Below are positions 26,440 to 41,500 of a stretch of DNA of 64,000 bases, piece by piece; the first letter of the stretch is position 1; every line of letters starts with the position of its first letter. The notes beneath the pieces are model-generated. The model had not been told where the DNA came from. It saw only the letters and a list, made by a program, of their open reading frames with translations, and made no database searches. The stretch is from positions 17,812,728 to 17,876,727 of the forward strand of contig CM082578.2 in NCBI GenBank assembly GCA_040954595.2, given 5' to 3'. The position numbers and the translations under genes were made by a program. The DNA is from Balanoglossus misakiensis (taxonomy: Eukaryota; Animalia; Hemichordata).

Positions 26440-26656
26440 GTAAGTAGGCTTTCTTGGAAATAATACCATTGTTTTTATAGACCGTTTATTAGTACACTGA
26501 AAAGCGATCTCTCCCTCCTTTTTCGTGATCTAACAGCATGACAGACCCAGCACAATTGTTAACAGCTATTGCCAAACTCTTTTCATCTCTCAAGTGTCGC
26601 AGTCGTATCGTTTTAATAAGCTCACGCAGCGCCCCATTCTTAACAAACACACACAG

Positions 26657-26919
26657 GCTGTTGGGACTCCAGTCGCAACCCCTAGAAACTTGGACCAAGG
26701 TTGGCATTCTGGGCTCCGCCATACATTCGCAGTGCAACGAGTTGGAAGGGCTCTCCACCAGTCAAAGGCGGATTTGCCAGATGTACCAGGATCACATGCT
26801 GCCCGTCAGCAATGGAGCCAGGACGGGAATCTCAGAGTGTCAGAATCAGTTCACCGAGCGACGCTGGAATTGTAGCACGGCGGACGACAGCAAGGTGTTC
26901 GGACGTGTTATGGCAATCG
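26657..26919 (+). CDS. WNT5: Wnt5 coding exon 2
   Basis: cag|G CTG...: LLGLQ...[22 protein letters not shown]...[15 protein letters not shown]...VFGRVMAI, donor gtgagt. YQDHM and VFGRVM are Wnt5-typical. Confidence 0.92.
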
Positions 26920-28538
26920 GTGAGTCGGTTGGACACTTCTTAATACGTCTATTTGTATTCCGATTAATCCGTACACAAACACCCTGTAAGGTACTTCATT
27001 AGTCGCCATTACCTGTCACTGCTCAAAAAACACTTTCCTTCGCTGGTCACTTTTCTGAGATTTTCAGCAGGATTAAGGGACACACGACATTCTGGCTTTG
27101 TTCGCGCTCATTTTTTGGCATCATGGAAGACAGTGGAAGGGTAATGCGCGACAACTCATGGACAATAGCAGTCGGTGAAATATTTTCATTTGTTGGGCCG
27201 AGCAAACTGTTCAATTTACCCACCCCCTTGTGTCTTTTATTTGGTCATGTTTGCTCGTATTTGCCAACGGGGACAAAGCTTGCGCTAGTTCGCGGTTAGA
27301 TACATGGATTTCTATTGCACAACTGTGAGTGACAGTCAGACTACAAAAAAAACCAACATTCATACGCGATGATGCAAATTGTCTGCAGGACTGACGCATA
27401 TGGGCCCGGAGCGTGGGACGGGCAATCCTACAATCGAAACAAAACAAAATAAAACAAAACAGAAAAAAACACGAGTTTGAACAGTAGCGAGACTTGAGTG
27501 GCACAATGGCGGGGAATGCACCCAACAACCTCAGCCAAAAAACGACACGAGTCGTTCTATGCAAACATTGGCACCGTGATGTCAGCATTGGTTTGCCTTG
27601 CTCTAATCCCGACAGCACAATTCGTGGGGTCACGTCACGACAATCGCTGGTTTCAATGCAAGAAAAACAAGAGGGGGGAGAACAGCATTGAAGGTTTGTC
27701 TAACACTCCACTTTCCTCTGGGTGCACCGGCCAACAAGAGTTCCCAGTCTTCAAATTTAATTTTGAGCGCACTCTTTTGAATTTGGAAAAAAAATTTATG
27801 TCGACTATCTTAAGTGTCCGCTTTGTTCGGCGCTGTGTACTATATAGTGGCCCTTTGAAAACAGACAGAATGTACTTTCTATTCGGTGTTGATATCAATA
27901 CTTCCAAAAATCCCATCGGGGCATCTCCCAGTGTAAGGAGATGACCGCTTGTGAAAGACACACCAAAAATGCTAGACAAACCAATGAAAATGTTACTAAA
28001 ATATCGATCAAAATCCCCGGATGTCACCACTGTTACCACCGAGGGGCTATCGATGTTGACATTCACGCGCGAAATATTTCAACGCGTTTCCATTTTTTTT
28101 TCTTAATTCACAAGGGAAACGGCTTCATCTCTGCTATCCGAATTAACATTCCACAGAACGGTGTAAGCGCCTGTTATTGATATTAATAACGCGATGATAG
28201 TGTATCGCTCGCACACATTCCCATTCACAGAATTCAGCATCCGTGCGAGCTGATCTTTCAGCGTAATCCAGCGGTTTAACCTCAGTCAATAATACGAGGT
28301 AATTTCAGACTGATTTAGTTGTATACATTACGTAGAATTTCATGAATAAGCTTACTCGATTTCAAAATGGCTCTTCGCGTAACTTTTCTCTAACTTTGCT
28401 TATAGAGTGGACCACCAGACGCGCCGACCAGCAATCCGCAATATTTATCATTTTATGAAAATTATCTCCTATGTTATTGCTAAGAATTATTTCATAAAAA
28501 GTTATTTTGTTTTTAATGTAATTATTTTTGTCGTTCAG

Positions 28539-28858
28539 CTAGTCGAGAGGCGGCCTTTACATACGCGATATCGGCGGCCGGTGTGGCGAACGCCATCAGC
28601 AGAGCCTGTCGGGAAGGGGAACTCGGCACCTGTGGTTGCAGTCGGGACCCGAGACCCGTCGATTTGGACAGGGAATGGTTGTGGGGAGGATGCGGAGATA
28701 ACGTGGACTACGGTTACCGCTTTGCTAGGGAGTTCGTAGACGCCAAGGAAGATGACACTGTTAAAACGAAGGGGACAACTGATGATGATGTGGCGAGGAG
28801 ACTTCGCGAACAAGGCAGGAAGCTCATGAACCTACATAACAACGAAGCTGGTCGAAAG
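28539..28858 (+). CDS. WNT5: Wnt5 coding exon 3
   Basis: ttcag|CT: [36 protein letters not shown]...[23 protein letters not shown]...[11 protein letters not shown]|gtaaag. Confidence 0.96.
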
Positions 28859-31800
28859 GTAAAGAGTTTTTATTGGTTTCAGTTCACAGACGCGTAGAAA
28901 TCCACATTCTTCACGTACAGTCATCGAACAACGTGTTACATGTCAAATCAAAGGAATCCGTGCAAAGTTTAGTAAACCTGGCAACATGTGTACGGTGGAC
29001 CGAGGGCGCTTTCCGGTTCGTAATTTTGAGGAATGCGCAGAAGTGACGAAAACCGGGAGCAGTAGCAAATATTAGCGTAGTCGTTTTGAGCCAGTGGCAG
29101 CGTCGACATCACTACCCTGGTGGCACGTCTCTGTTTAGATCATTATGTCAATAGACCATATATCTTCGGCAGGCAATAACCATGTACCGATTTCATGGGA
29201 TCCACAAAAAGTGACCTTCCGTGACCCCTGAATGAAATGCCGACATCATTAATTTTATGGCCGTTGACAATGATGATGAAACGAAGCGTTGTGAGGGAAG
29301 CAATGAAGAGAGTGCTTCACGCTTTGATTGAGCAAAGCATGCACCCAAAACCGTTAAAACAGCACGTTGGTTGTCCTTTGTCAGTGAAATTACCGAGTCT
29401 GCATGTTTTTTTTTACTCTTTGCTTCTCTCCCCCTCCCGCCTCAGACCGAACCATTTGGAACTTGGAATTTGGAACTGACATCAAACTAACATACCGTCT
29501 GATATTGTGCTCCCGCTTGGTAAATAATCTGACAAACATTAGCAATGAAAATGTCATTCGTTTTCTGCTAAGTTTACTTTTTGAGAAAAGAAAATGGACT
29601 TTTCTTGTTCCCTTCTTACTAAACCACCATTAATTTCCGCGGAAGTGACATCTCTTTACTGTCAGTAAACAAACAGACGCCCCGATCTCAAAGAAACCGT
29701 GAACACCGGCGCAGAATGGGAGAAATAACCAAAAATCCCACGCAGCCCTCGGATAAAACCGCCCGACCGGTTGGCCAGCAATGGCCGAGGGAGAAGCTTC
29801 GTGGTCATTCGAGGTCACCGTCTATTCCACGCAAACATGAAGTCGGGTGATGACAGGCAAACGCAACTGGCCCCAGACTCCTCTGGCAATGTCGATGGAG
29901 AAAGGTCGCGTTGTGTTACACACCCAACGCTTAGAGCCGTTCTCACCAAACCCAACATCTCTCTTATACTAGAACAGAGACCTAGCGAAAGACGAATTCG
30001 AGCTGTTGTCACGAGTTTTCAATGTCTGTATGTAATTAGTACTTCTTTAAAATATCAACCTCTGCGCTATGCTCGAAATATACGTAAGAGGGGATTTACC
30101 CAGAAACCATCACTGCTTGTAGAAATTGTGGGACGAAACCAGTGTCGATGGTAGTGATTTGGACGAACCTTCGACAGCTGGCGGTTTTACGATCTTACTC
30201 GTCATCACGTTACAAAGTACATCCCCCCTTGTACTTCGCTTGCAATTTGCGAACGACAAAATCCATACACACGCGTGTCCCCCCCCCCCCTCTGTTAATA
30301 TTTGAGTCCATTTTGATGTGACTGGGTACAAAAAAGGGTGCATTTTCAAACACGGTAGCTCACTTAAAGTGCCCACAAAGACGCACCCAAAGGGGTACAT
30401 CAAAGGGGCACTTGTTTATTTGAAGCGCAAAAAAGGGGAGCACGAAAACTCTATAATTGGGAGCGCGTCTTGCAATTTAACAAATCGATTGTAAATACTA
30501 CACAGTAGAGCCATGGAGGCGCTTTGTGGGGTGAATTCCATACCGTGTTTCTAATCGTGTTTTTCATAGTTTGCTTACAACAACAGGCATCTACTACTGT
30601 GTCAATTTACTTGTAAATGAAACCCGTGGAGTTCTATAGTCCAAATGTTCCCCATTCCTGCGCACAAAACATGTTCATGGTAGTGGAAATCGAACAGTGA
30701 ACGCCGGCGACAGCCATTTACTTTCACATACAAATGCGGCATCAACGCCGAAGTCGAGCATCAAACAAAGTTTCTGTGTGTCCATAATTTTGAAGAGAAC
30801 GGAGAACTTTAAACAGCAATGTGCATCCGTATCGCATAACATAAAAGTTCCTATTTATCTCATGAAATCGCGTTTTCCTATTTATCCTATTTATTCCAAA
30901 ATATCTTCCAACTTTCTCAGGTATCCTTTGAATTTTACCTATCAAGTGTACAGCCGTTCAAATGTTGGATTTTGTTTTGAAATTGAAATCATTAATGTAA
31001 GGCCAAACGTAGCAATTCATAGCTGATTTGTACGCACCAATAAAAAGACACCGTTGCCCAGTGTTCGGATATGTCTACAAGACAAAGAAGACAGGTTCTT
31101 CCCCTTTTGTCCGTGACAGAGCGGAAGGGTGTCTCTAGTGTTTGTGTCTGCAATCTCACCTGGCTGTTCTCAGTCAAAAGGGCAACTCAGGGCGTTCGGT
31201 ATCGACAGGAAGACAAAATAAATGATTTTCCGCTCAATGCGAGATCTCGCGAGACTTGGTTAATTACCGTAGCAACGGGTTGGTAGCTAAGTAATACAAC
31301 CAAGCTTTGTATGAAACTCGAATAGGTGCAACAATTGTAACTTTAACACGATGGGCGATGTATTGTTTGTCCTGGGTCACGAGAATCTCCCCCATTTTTC
31401 CCTCCATTCTCTCTGCTGTTGCATAAGGGAAAATAAAACTATATGATTATTCCACGATAACGCATCTTAGTACTCTACACAGTGATGTATTCTCATGAAA
31501 CCGGTATTCATCAGCTGTTGCTGGTCTTTCTGGTCGGCAGACTTGAACACGTCTTACTCAACGCATGCATATCTAAGCCATGTTACATGTACTGCGTAAA
31601 CAAACAGACAACTTTATCCCGATGCACAGTCTCTCTAGAGAGGGACTTGCTCAGAGTCTGCGTTCTTTGCCCTTTGGTCGAATCTTGAAAATGGCGGCAC
31701 ATTTGACGCGAGACGTGATCAATTGCTATCTGTTACGACCCGCAGGCCGTCCAAGCCAAAAATATGCGGAGGATAGAGAGGCCAATTTACCTGACCGAGT

Positions 31801-34800
31801 GGCTTGTTTTACACCCGAACCGGCCAACAGCCTGAACAGGCCGCAACAAAAGAAATGGTCAAAGACAGCACACGTACAACAAACCTGGCTATTTACCGTG
31901 TTAATTTAATTGCAGATACGAGTAATATTCACAATATGTTAAATAATATTAAAAATAAACTACAAACTAAACTCGAGCGTGACCAGGTGACCAAACAAAA
32001 ATTCCTAACAAGTTCAAAGTCTCAAACAGTTCTGGCCTTTCTGTCCGTTTAACGCCAGCGTACAAAAGACAGCCACGCATTACCTCAAATACAGTTCCAC
32101 AGTCACACGGAGACGCGCTCCCCCAGGACGGCTCCCAAATTCCACGCGGCGTCCTCGAAAACATCCACCACGACTTCACAAGTCCCTTCGGCAGTGTCAA
32201 TCTTCAGCTACCACAGTCGACAGGCAAACTCCGTACGGTGGGCTCCCAAAACTCCTCCAAGGCGACGGCACAGCTACCAGACCAGAATCAAAATGAGCCA
32301 CCCGATAACGTGGCACTGGATGGTTTTCATACGACCAAAAACTAACACCTGGTCACGCTAATATGTTAAATAAAGAAATAAACATAGGCGCACCTGGCCA
32401 CGAAAACAATAGAAAAACTTCTCCTACGTAACAACCATTCCAATAATTTCGTGGATATTTAGAGGAAATTTACATTTTTTAAAATTGGGCATCTCAACTG
32501 AGCGCTTGAGATCCCTGACATAGCAATAAAAGTGGACGTGATGAACGACTGTATTGAGTGAGCATTGGAATGTGACAAATCGTTGGATGCAACTGTCATA
32601 AATTTTTATGTGCCTGTCATTGGAAATCCCTGATAAGCTTGTGTATTTATTTTATTTTCGAGCATACCTTTGAACAAAAAGAATGGAAAGGGACGAACTT
32701 ATTTCATTTTTCCCGATCCAAATCGCATCTGATATTTGGGTCGGCCAAGTGTGGCTTCTCCGGTATCCGTCAGCCTTGTTCGGCGTCCAAATCAAAATGT
32801 TTAAAAATCCTCTGTAGAACATCTGTGGGAGCGATTGCAACGTTAATGGCGGTTAAGATTTTCCGGCCACCGTGATCTTTTAAGTCGGAGCGGTCGAACA
32901 CGTGTTTTTCACTGGCAAAAGCCGCCTGGGGCAGTGCTATCTGAGACCAACACACTTAAGGTTTCTGTTTTAGCCAACTCTCAAGGATTACCACGCGAAG
33001 TAAGTTATCAATATCTGCTACAGACCCCTGACACTTTGTACAATTTACAAATTAACCGACTGGTGGTGGAAATATACAATTTTGACAGTACTCGGAACGA
33101 TTCTAAAAAAGGATTTCAAAATGCCTGAAGATGTGACCCCTGAATTCTTGAGTTTTGCCAACGTCAATGGGAAATCTTTATTTGGGAGAGTCTTCAATGG
33201 TCTTAATCCAATTACGCCATCATTGATTTTTCTGAGGTGAGGTCAACTGTTAACTTTACTGTGCCCGAAGTAGCCATTCCAAAATCCCAAACCAAAGCAC
33301 AAAAGAAGAAGCGACGAAAAGTATCTATTGTCATTAGAAAAGAGTTCTCGAATCAACCCCGGTCTCTCATTACAGAAGTTAAGCACTTGGAAAAAAACCC
33401 TCTTCAAACGTAAGTACGCCATAAATTATGGATCGGAATCTGCGCATTACTCTGAGGACACCAAAATATAGGAGCAAGACACGAAGCAGTGTATGAAAGC
33501 ATGTGAGAAAGTGAAATATAGTCATCGGTTCCTGGATCGCTCGACCTTCAATCATAACCCTGTTCATCGAATGATAGATGACGACACTGAACAAGCGCGG
33601 GACGACTCAAGTGTCTTGCTCGGCGGACGCAGCTACCAAGGTACGCGATCTTTGACTGCACACAAAACTCTCCACTGTATATGGTAGCCTAATGGGTAGT
33701 GATGAGATGGGTCAAAAGTGTGGCCACAAGGGGTAGTGCAGTGATGGATAAGGTTTTGGATCTTATTGGTAATGATTGGTTAGGACTGCAAACTTTACGG
33801 GTAGTGATTGACTAGGATTATTGTGGCCCGTATAAGTCTGACGAATAAAGGTCGTGACCTTAACGCCAGAAATCCATACCCAGGGCAGTTAATCCATGAC
33901 TATACACTACACTATGGCCTTGTTGTTTGAATACTATTAGCAGATGTAAAAACCTTCTCTGACAAAGGTTACACAAAAATTTCAGAGAAATATGTCCTTT
34001 TGGGACGCACTGTACACTTTCTGAACATGATTCGACCATACGTGCTATGTGTACATATTCACAGACGGCTTTTGTTTTGTTTTGTGTCGACACTGGGCGG
34101 AAATACAATGGCAACTGAGAGAATGATGATGGATCGGGATTTTTGTTCTCATGAGTAGTCCTTGGTTATGGCTGTGTTCTAATGGGCAATGATGGGTACC
34201 CTGATAATGGCAGCATTGTTACTGCTCGACGATGTGCCAGGGTTGAACAGTGCTGTCCGGCCACGAATGTAACCCGATAGGTTGTTCATCGTGAAGTGTA
34301 CTTGCTTCAACTGATATTAAGAACTGAATTGTGGTCTAACGGGTTGTGATGGGTGCTCGAAGAATGATAGGGCTGTTGGTTTGTTGCAGTTTGGTACACC
34401 AGGATTATAAATCTCTGTGTTACTGTCGTTACGAATGTGTTAGGATTGGCCATTAGTGATAGGGTGAGACTATCAAGATTTAAAGTCTTGATGAGTTGTG
34501 GTTGTGTTGTAATCACACTTGTGATAGCAGCTTACTGATATGATATATGACCGTTTTATCAAGACGCCCATAAAAGGGTTTACTGGAAGTGGGTTGAGTT
34601 GAACATCTAGATTCATAATACAATTTGATAAAAACGTAGAAAATAACTTTTCGTGGTGAAATTATTGTCCATATATCGCCATACTAAGAACAACGCTTTG
34701 ATAGTCTGTGCGAATTGAGTCTCGATTGAATGTGATGCAGAAATGTAACTTCTGTTTTATGTTTTCGTGTAAATTCAAACATACATGCTGAATTGAATGT

Positions 34801-36855
34801 AAATATTGTCTCCTGCGCTGACAGCAACGGGACAACAAGACGGCAGTCTGTGTTGTGTCCATGGCACTCTCCGCTAGAACCCGTTTCTTCTACTTCTGTT
34901 ATGTGCAGCCGCCCTAACCGTAGCAAATGCAAGGGTCTCTGTTATGAATTGCCCAGTGCTATCATACAAGGCTAGGTAGGATTCCATGTAAAACGGGACT
35001 ACACTGCCATCAATTGGTCTGGGTCATTTGGCAACAACGAATCGTTTACATGTGGGCCCTGGTGCGTGTTCACTAAAGTGCGGCGCACTGCAAGAGTAGC
35101 GAACTGGGAATTTTCAACATTGCCCGTGTCAAACATTTGTTGTGATTTTTTTTCTCGTATCGGTACAAGAGAAGTTGATATACACACCCCGAAATTAGCT
35201 CAAGTAGTGTTCGCGGCTAATGGGTTAAAGCTGTGGTCTCGGAGTCCTTTGATGAAACAACTGGCAGGTACAGAAGGCCTTTAATGTTAATCCCATCTCT
35301 TTCGCCAGAAGCCGAATATGCTCAGGGAGACTTGCGCAGATGACGGTTGTCGGTCAGATATTATTTCACCAGAGATTGGGTGTAGTCTGCCGAAGATAAA
35401 ACGAGCAAGGCATCATGGGAAATGTTCATTTCCCACCTCAACTGATCATCTTGCGAACAGCTTCGCAGATCTTACCAACAAGATAAGCAGGCGACTAGTT
35501 TTTGCTAAGCGATTCGAGGAATCGCGTACAGATATTTGGTTAAACTATGTCGGAGATAGGGGAGGCTAATAGGGAGCCCAATTAGTTTAGTTCACACGGT
35601 ATCAGACTGCGCTGCTAAGCCAACCAGGACCCAAACGTCATTAAAATCCATCACAAAAAATAGCGGAGCGTCCATGAGGCGGGCAGAGGACAATAATGCT
35701 GAAGATTCCTGCACATGATATCATAGATTGATGTTAATAGGCTTAAGAAATCCGGGATGAAATTTCACTTCCCTTGCCACGATAAATCAATGTCAAAAGT
35801 TCGCTTTGTGGTCGCGTATCTAGTGTTAAGGGTACAACATATCGATGTGGTCAAATATCTGGTCAATAAATCTTAACGCCGTTACAACGTCATTTTTGGT
35901 TCATTTTCAAAACGTGTTTCAATCTGGCCATTGGAAGGGTGGATTATTTTCCCAAAGCTAGCGAGGTCATGCTGTATACATTTTCACACTACCCAAGGCA
36001 GTTTCTGCCACTGTTTACACAGTGAGCTGACAGGTTTTCAAGTCACTGAACAAAATTCATTTCGTCTAATTCTCTCTGTTGACCACAAAGGAAGGGCAGG
36101 AAACTACGAGGGGAAAAATTAGACCGGCTAAACATCCCTTTCATGGGCATTGAAAGTAAAAGAGACGCATTTGTGTCCCGCCGGGAAAGTCACTTGCAAA
36201 GTCAAGTTAGATTCGCGAAAGTCAAATTCACATCTTTTCCAGGTTCCCACTTATACAAGCAATCAACGTTGGAGGCGGTTTCAATGACCGATGCTCATTT
36301 TCACAGACAGCGTGAAAAAATACGTTTGCGGTTGCTATAGTTACCGGTAGTTGGGTGAAAGCACTTATCTAACCAGACTCCAGTATTCTTTACAGCGAAC
36401 CGATGTTGGCAACAATGCCAGCTGAAAAGAACAACCCCCGGCAATGGCGACAGAAATCCCTCGAAAAATGCTGTTAACCGCCGAACGCGGGATCAACAGC
36501 TACGAGGGATAAATTAAGTAGCCACTCAAGTGGGTATAGGGAAGTCCCGGCACTCGAAAAAATAAACTGAGCAACCCAGCCGCTGTGGGGCTCTGGTTTT
36601 TCAGTCACAGCTTCGGGGGTCATAATGTTTTCTATGCCAGAAATTAGTTGGGTGGTACTGTATTGTTCCGGCACAAAATGCTGATTTAGTCCGGTCCAGT
36701 GGATCGCAAACGTGAATTGCAAACTAAAGGCAAAACGGTATCAGCCTATAATGCTTATGAGAACCGCGCGGCATCGGGGGAAATGGGTTCTTGATTTTTG
36801 ATGGACGGGTGCATACAATGATCTGTTTTTTCTCTCTCTCTCTCTCTCTTTTCAG

Positions 36856-37311
36856 GTTGTGCGTTCTTTGGCGGGAGTTGAATGCAAGTGCCACGGTGTA
36901 TCCGGGTCCTGCAGCACCAAGACGTGTTGGTTACAGCTGGCCAACTTCAAAGACGTCGGCGAGGAGCTGAAGGAGAAATACGATGGCGCTGCCGAGATGA
37001 GAATCAAGCGCGGCAGAATAGTCGTCTCCGACAAGCGCTTCAATAAACCGACACTGGACGATCTTGTGTACTTGGACCCGTCACCCGACTACTGCATACG
37101 CGATCTCCGAACCGGGTCGCTGGGAACGCAGGGCCGGTTCTGTAATAAGACTTCCATGGGAATGGATGGGTGTAATTTAATGTGCTGCGGACGAGGCCAC
37201 AACACTTACGAACAGCAGGTTATAGAGCGGTGCCACTGCAAATTCCATTGGTGTTGTTACGTCAAGTGCCGAAAGTGTAGGAAAATTATCGACGTCAATG
37301 TGTGCAAGTGA
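36856..37311 (+). CDS. WNT5: Wnt5 coding exon 4 (spliced CDS 1113 nt, 370 aa)
   Basis: (ct)n ttttcag|[28 protein letters not shown]...[11 protein letters not shown]...[13 protein letters not shown]...CK*; lipidation-serine motif present; exon phases add up. Confidence 0.97.
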   Translation, partial: VVRSLAGVECKCHGVSGSCSTKTCWLQLANFKDVGEELKEKYDGAAEMRIKRGRIVVSDKRFNKPTLDDLVYLDPSPDYCIRDLRTGSLGTQGRFCNKTSMGMDGCNLMCCGRGHNTYEQQVIERCHCKFHWCCYVKCRKCRKIIDVNVCK

Positions 37312-38406
37312 TTCATCCGCGCTACCGAACAGATTTGCACATGCTGCCACTGGGAGAAAAAAAATGGCAGACGATTCAGGATCCAAATGACGTCACTGTG
37401 TCCGACCGTTGAAACAGAACAGAACTGAAACTCGTCGCGACACAGTGTTACTCCTTCTAAGTTGTTATCAGGAACAAACTACGGATGACTGTTTTGGATA
37501 TGAGAGAATTCTAATCTTTTTAAAAATCCCCGTAGACTTTCTGGAGGGCAGGACAACGTGCAACTTTTGGCACACCGGAGAAGGCTGTGCAAATGACGTC
37601 CCAGTTTGAAAGAGAAACAACGACAAACCATGTGTATGTGGAAACGAAACAAAAAGCTGGTGCGGAAACGCGACAGTCATCGATGGGAATAATGGTGTGT
37701 TTTGAGATTTTGTGTTCTAAAACAATTATCGTCACCCAGGTTACCGAATTGCAATTTTCTCAGAGTGTACGCACCAAGGGCAAAAATCCTCGACCAGTAT
37801 CATGATTCGTTTTTAAATATTTTTTATGTAAATAACTTATAGCCCTAAACTGACCAAATTTATACTTATTATGTCGACTTCACATTTGCATATTAGGGTA
37901 TATAACATTTTCCCGTTATTTAAAGTTTATTTAACGTTTAGGTTCCTGAAAAATTTGAATAATATGACGTAATCATATATAGGTAGTCTTCGTAAGAATA
38001 TCATAGTTTACTTTGGCAGTTTTGCGTTGCTGAGACGTCGTTAGTTACCAGGTTTGCCGAAAGAACTACTAGTATCACTTTTACGAAGTTGTAATATATC
38101 TATGAAGCTATCTTAATACTTTTCACTAGATTATCATTCGGTGTTTTTGTTGATTTTTTTCTGACACTGTCCTTCTTAAGTTATAGTCAGATGTCAGTGT
38201 TATATAACTGTGGAACAACTCAATAGTCACGCAAGACATGATCTCTCGAAGTTAAACTGAGCGGCGCCACCTATGAGCTATAAGATTATTGATATGTTCC
38301 CTATTTCTACAGATTCCTTATTTTATCAGATTAAATTTTATTTGTAAGCTTTGTTGGTTTAAAGTCCGTCGCCCTTTGAAAAACAGGCCTTTGCGACAGG
38401 ATAGCA

Positions 38407-38412
38407 AATAAA
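38407..38412 (+). other. Candidate Wnt5 polyadenylation signal
   Basis: AATAAA ending an AU-rich stretch about 1.1 kb after the stop codon. Confidence 0.35.
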
Positions 38413-38480
38413 TCCTTTGATGTCAATTTGTCTGTAGCTCTCCATGATCCAATCCATACACTAATGCGAAAGAGCATAAC

Positions 38481-38543
38481 ATGGCTCTAGGACGAGGCAA
38501 AATGGCTCTAGGACGAGGCTGAATGGCCCTGGGACGAGGCTGG
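38481..38543. repeat. 21-bp minisatellite, 3 copies
   Basis: atggctctaggacgaggcaaa / atggctctaggacgaggctga / atggccctgggacgaggctgg. Confidence 0.9.
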
Positions 38544-41500
38544 GTATATTTGGCTATTCAGCAAGTTCACCAGATTCGCGTAATCATCTGATATGCCATT
38601 GGAGGATATTTCGAAAAACGTATCCTCGAGTGAAGATATACCGGAGAACCTCTTTAAAATGCTACCAATTTTATGGTAGAGAGAACTTTAAGGAAACAAG
38701 GGTCGACTAATTCTTGTAGTTTACATTCTTGTACGTTTATCCTGTAATGACAGAAAAGTGGAATGGCCTTCGGTCAGAGTCCTGATCTATAACTTTATGC
38801 AAAATAATTTAGTTTGGTGTGCCCCAGATAAAATACGGCAGTGTATTAATAAATTCCATAAACAATCATTTCTGAGTCTTTCCGTGTCTATCAATCGGTA
38901 TGTCTGTCTCTCTGTGTACCCATGCAAACATTTAGTCTTTTTAAAGGGGGAAATTTGAGAAATGTTTGAAAGTCAAAAAGTGGTCTCTCTCTCTACATTA
39001 ATTGCTGTTTGAAACACCTTGTCTCTTCTATACCCCCCCTCCGTCTAGTCACAATCCCGCTTGTTTTACGACTCTGCAATCCTTCATTGTTATCGAAAAT
39101 AGGAACGAGAGCAATCGAAGAAACAAGTAAGTGGAGTTGAAACATCTGTGTGCTACAGCCAAGGGTTCAGTGACACCATAAAAGTAATAACATTCAGATC
39201 AGCTAGACCACCAACTTGCACCAAGGGTAGGAAGACGGATATGACAGCTTTGGTGGTTCTTTGTGGATCAAGTCCAGCAATATACATATGGGTTGGGATA
39301 GTATTTTGTGAGAGAGAAGAACTACAAACCGCTTTGCATCCAGCAAACTTCCAACCAGCGAGGACACTCCCGTCTGTCTGTCTGTCTCTAGATAGCTAGA
39401 CAGACAGACGGATGAATGGATAGATAGTAATTCTCTAGGAACAAAGCAATTAGATGATCTCATAATGGATAATGATGGGCGTACACTAAAATAGTTCGTT
39501 TTTAGTCGCAAACATGCACGGTTTCAATATTTCACTCATGAATAGCATACCAAAGGAGAATACACAACCCAATGGCAAGGACACATTTTTAGCAATAAAA
39601 TTTGCCCACTGTGCCGAATACTGCGTCCGGTCGTTAAATCAACTGAAGAATTTCCCATGCCTTTGCACCAGGAAGAGCGCTAATGTAGTAACTGCATGGA
39701 TTGTGGTTGTTGAACAATCTTGGAATCATTTTATAGAGAAAGGCTTGGTGCTATTTCCGAAGGCCAGCGTTGGTTAAGTATATTTTAATAACAAAAGTGG
39801 GTTTTCTTCTTAAAATGCGAATGGAAAACACAACCTTACAAAGTTACCAAAGCCAATGGGAACTAATGCAATGAACCGGAAAAGACGACAGTCATTTGTT
39901 TTGAAATGATACCTCAACAATTTTTTGTTTGCTTGCATGTGTGCGTGCGCGTGAATGAGGCAATCTGCATTGCGAGAGGGCGCTCCTTGCTATAGTCTGT
40001 GAGCTTACACGACTTCTACCTCTTGGTGGCACTCTTATATGCATGCAGCCTATTCGTTCATTTTGCTTCATCACTGACCTGGGACCTTGAGGTAAGGACA
40101 TGATACACACTGACACACAGACAGAATTGTCCGATGACATTGTTATATTCAAACAAATCAAAATAGATCCAAATCATCGGCGATTCATGGATATGACTCA
40201 AAATGCGTACTAAAATCACATCATAGAAATACATAGGCCTAATCTAGCTGGCTTCACCGTACTTGAATACTTCTACAAGCCACAGGCAATAACTCTTGAA
40301 TTGTGCGTCGACACATCGACGGAGTTAAGCACTGCGTGAATAGGCGAGTTAGATTTATGGAATCAATTATCGCCAGGACAGAAGACTAATGGGGAAAAAC
40401 CCGACAACCAACCAAGATAATCGAGTGCGCCCTCTTTGGCAACAGAAACGCCCGGAGTATCTCCGCATCTGGTCCTGGTCATAACAATCAGCAGAACACG
40501 GAGACGGAGAAGGAAAGCCCGTCATTAATCCATCATTGACAGTGGTATTAGCAGAAGATGGCATCAATACGAATTAAGCAGTGAAAGAGATAAATGCTAC
40601 ATCCCCGAGATAATCTATTTAATGAGAAGTAGAAACCAGGATCTATGGCAACGAGCATGAGTCATCGCACCAGACAACTTCAAGTTTTCAATACTCGGCG
40701 TCTTCATCTCACGTCTACGCCGTCTTTCCCCGTCTCTCCCATCTCCAACCTTTAAAGGGACAATAGCCACCACACCTTCATTTGGTTTCAATATTTTTAT
40801 GGTGAGCACCAAAAGCACTTCCCCAGTAGACGACGTTGTTAGCACAGCCAACATATTGGTAACACTGGAATAAAATACAAGAACGCCGCTGTGTATATGT
40901 GCACTGTACGATGCATATTACTCGTCATGTTCTAAGGAGTGCAACAAAAAGTGCACAGGTGAAATCAATGCTTCCAAATTAACAGCCACACTTACTTTCT
41001 CACTTTGAAACCATAATTGTCCGTAGCATTATCAAGTTGCTGCATTTCGCCTTTAAAAATTGCCAACTTTCTTCCGTAAAATTACCCCATTGAGCATGGT
41101 GATTAACCTGTCTTCACATACCCGACTGTAAACTTACGGGGTCTGCTTTTCCCAGAGTCGTTGCACTCTGTACGTTTTCTTTTGCGGGGAGGGGGGGGGG
41201 GTTAAAAGATTGGATACGTATTCACAACGTTCCCTTTTCTCGTATCTGATCGCAGGTGGAAAGAGCTTGTCATTGGAAATTGCGTAATGCAAAAATACCG
41301 TCTCTCTAGTCACACCTTCGATCTATTCCTCTGATTTCTCGTTGGTTTACACCGCTCACTCTTAGATAACTTTACTGTGTCTTCTCATTTCTTACATTAA
41401 TAATTCGTACTTCCCCTTTCCCGGATATGCCTTCAAGTGACAATACCTGGGGTGGTTTTATCGCTGCGGGATGCAGTAAAAATTTAGACTATAAAGCTCG

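Noticed and set aside
31680-32410. Possible transposon remnant in Wnt5 intron 3
   Set aside because: Composition is distinct, but I could not identify termini, a TSD or a protein motif.
34260-34520. Possible decayed LINE 3' fragment on the minus strand
   Set aside because: Only a vague resemblance to reverse-transcriptase C-termini; needs BLASTX or a Dfam search.
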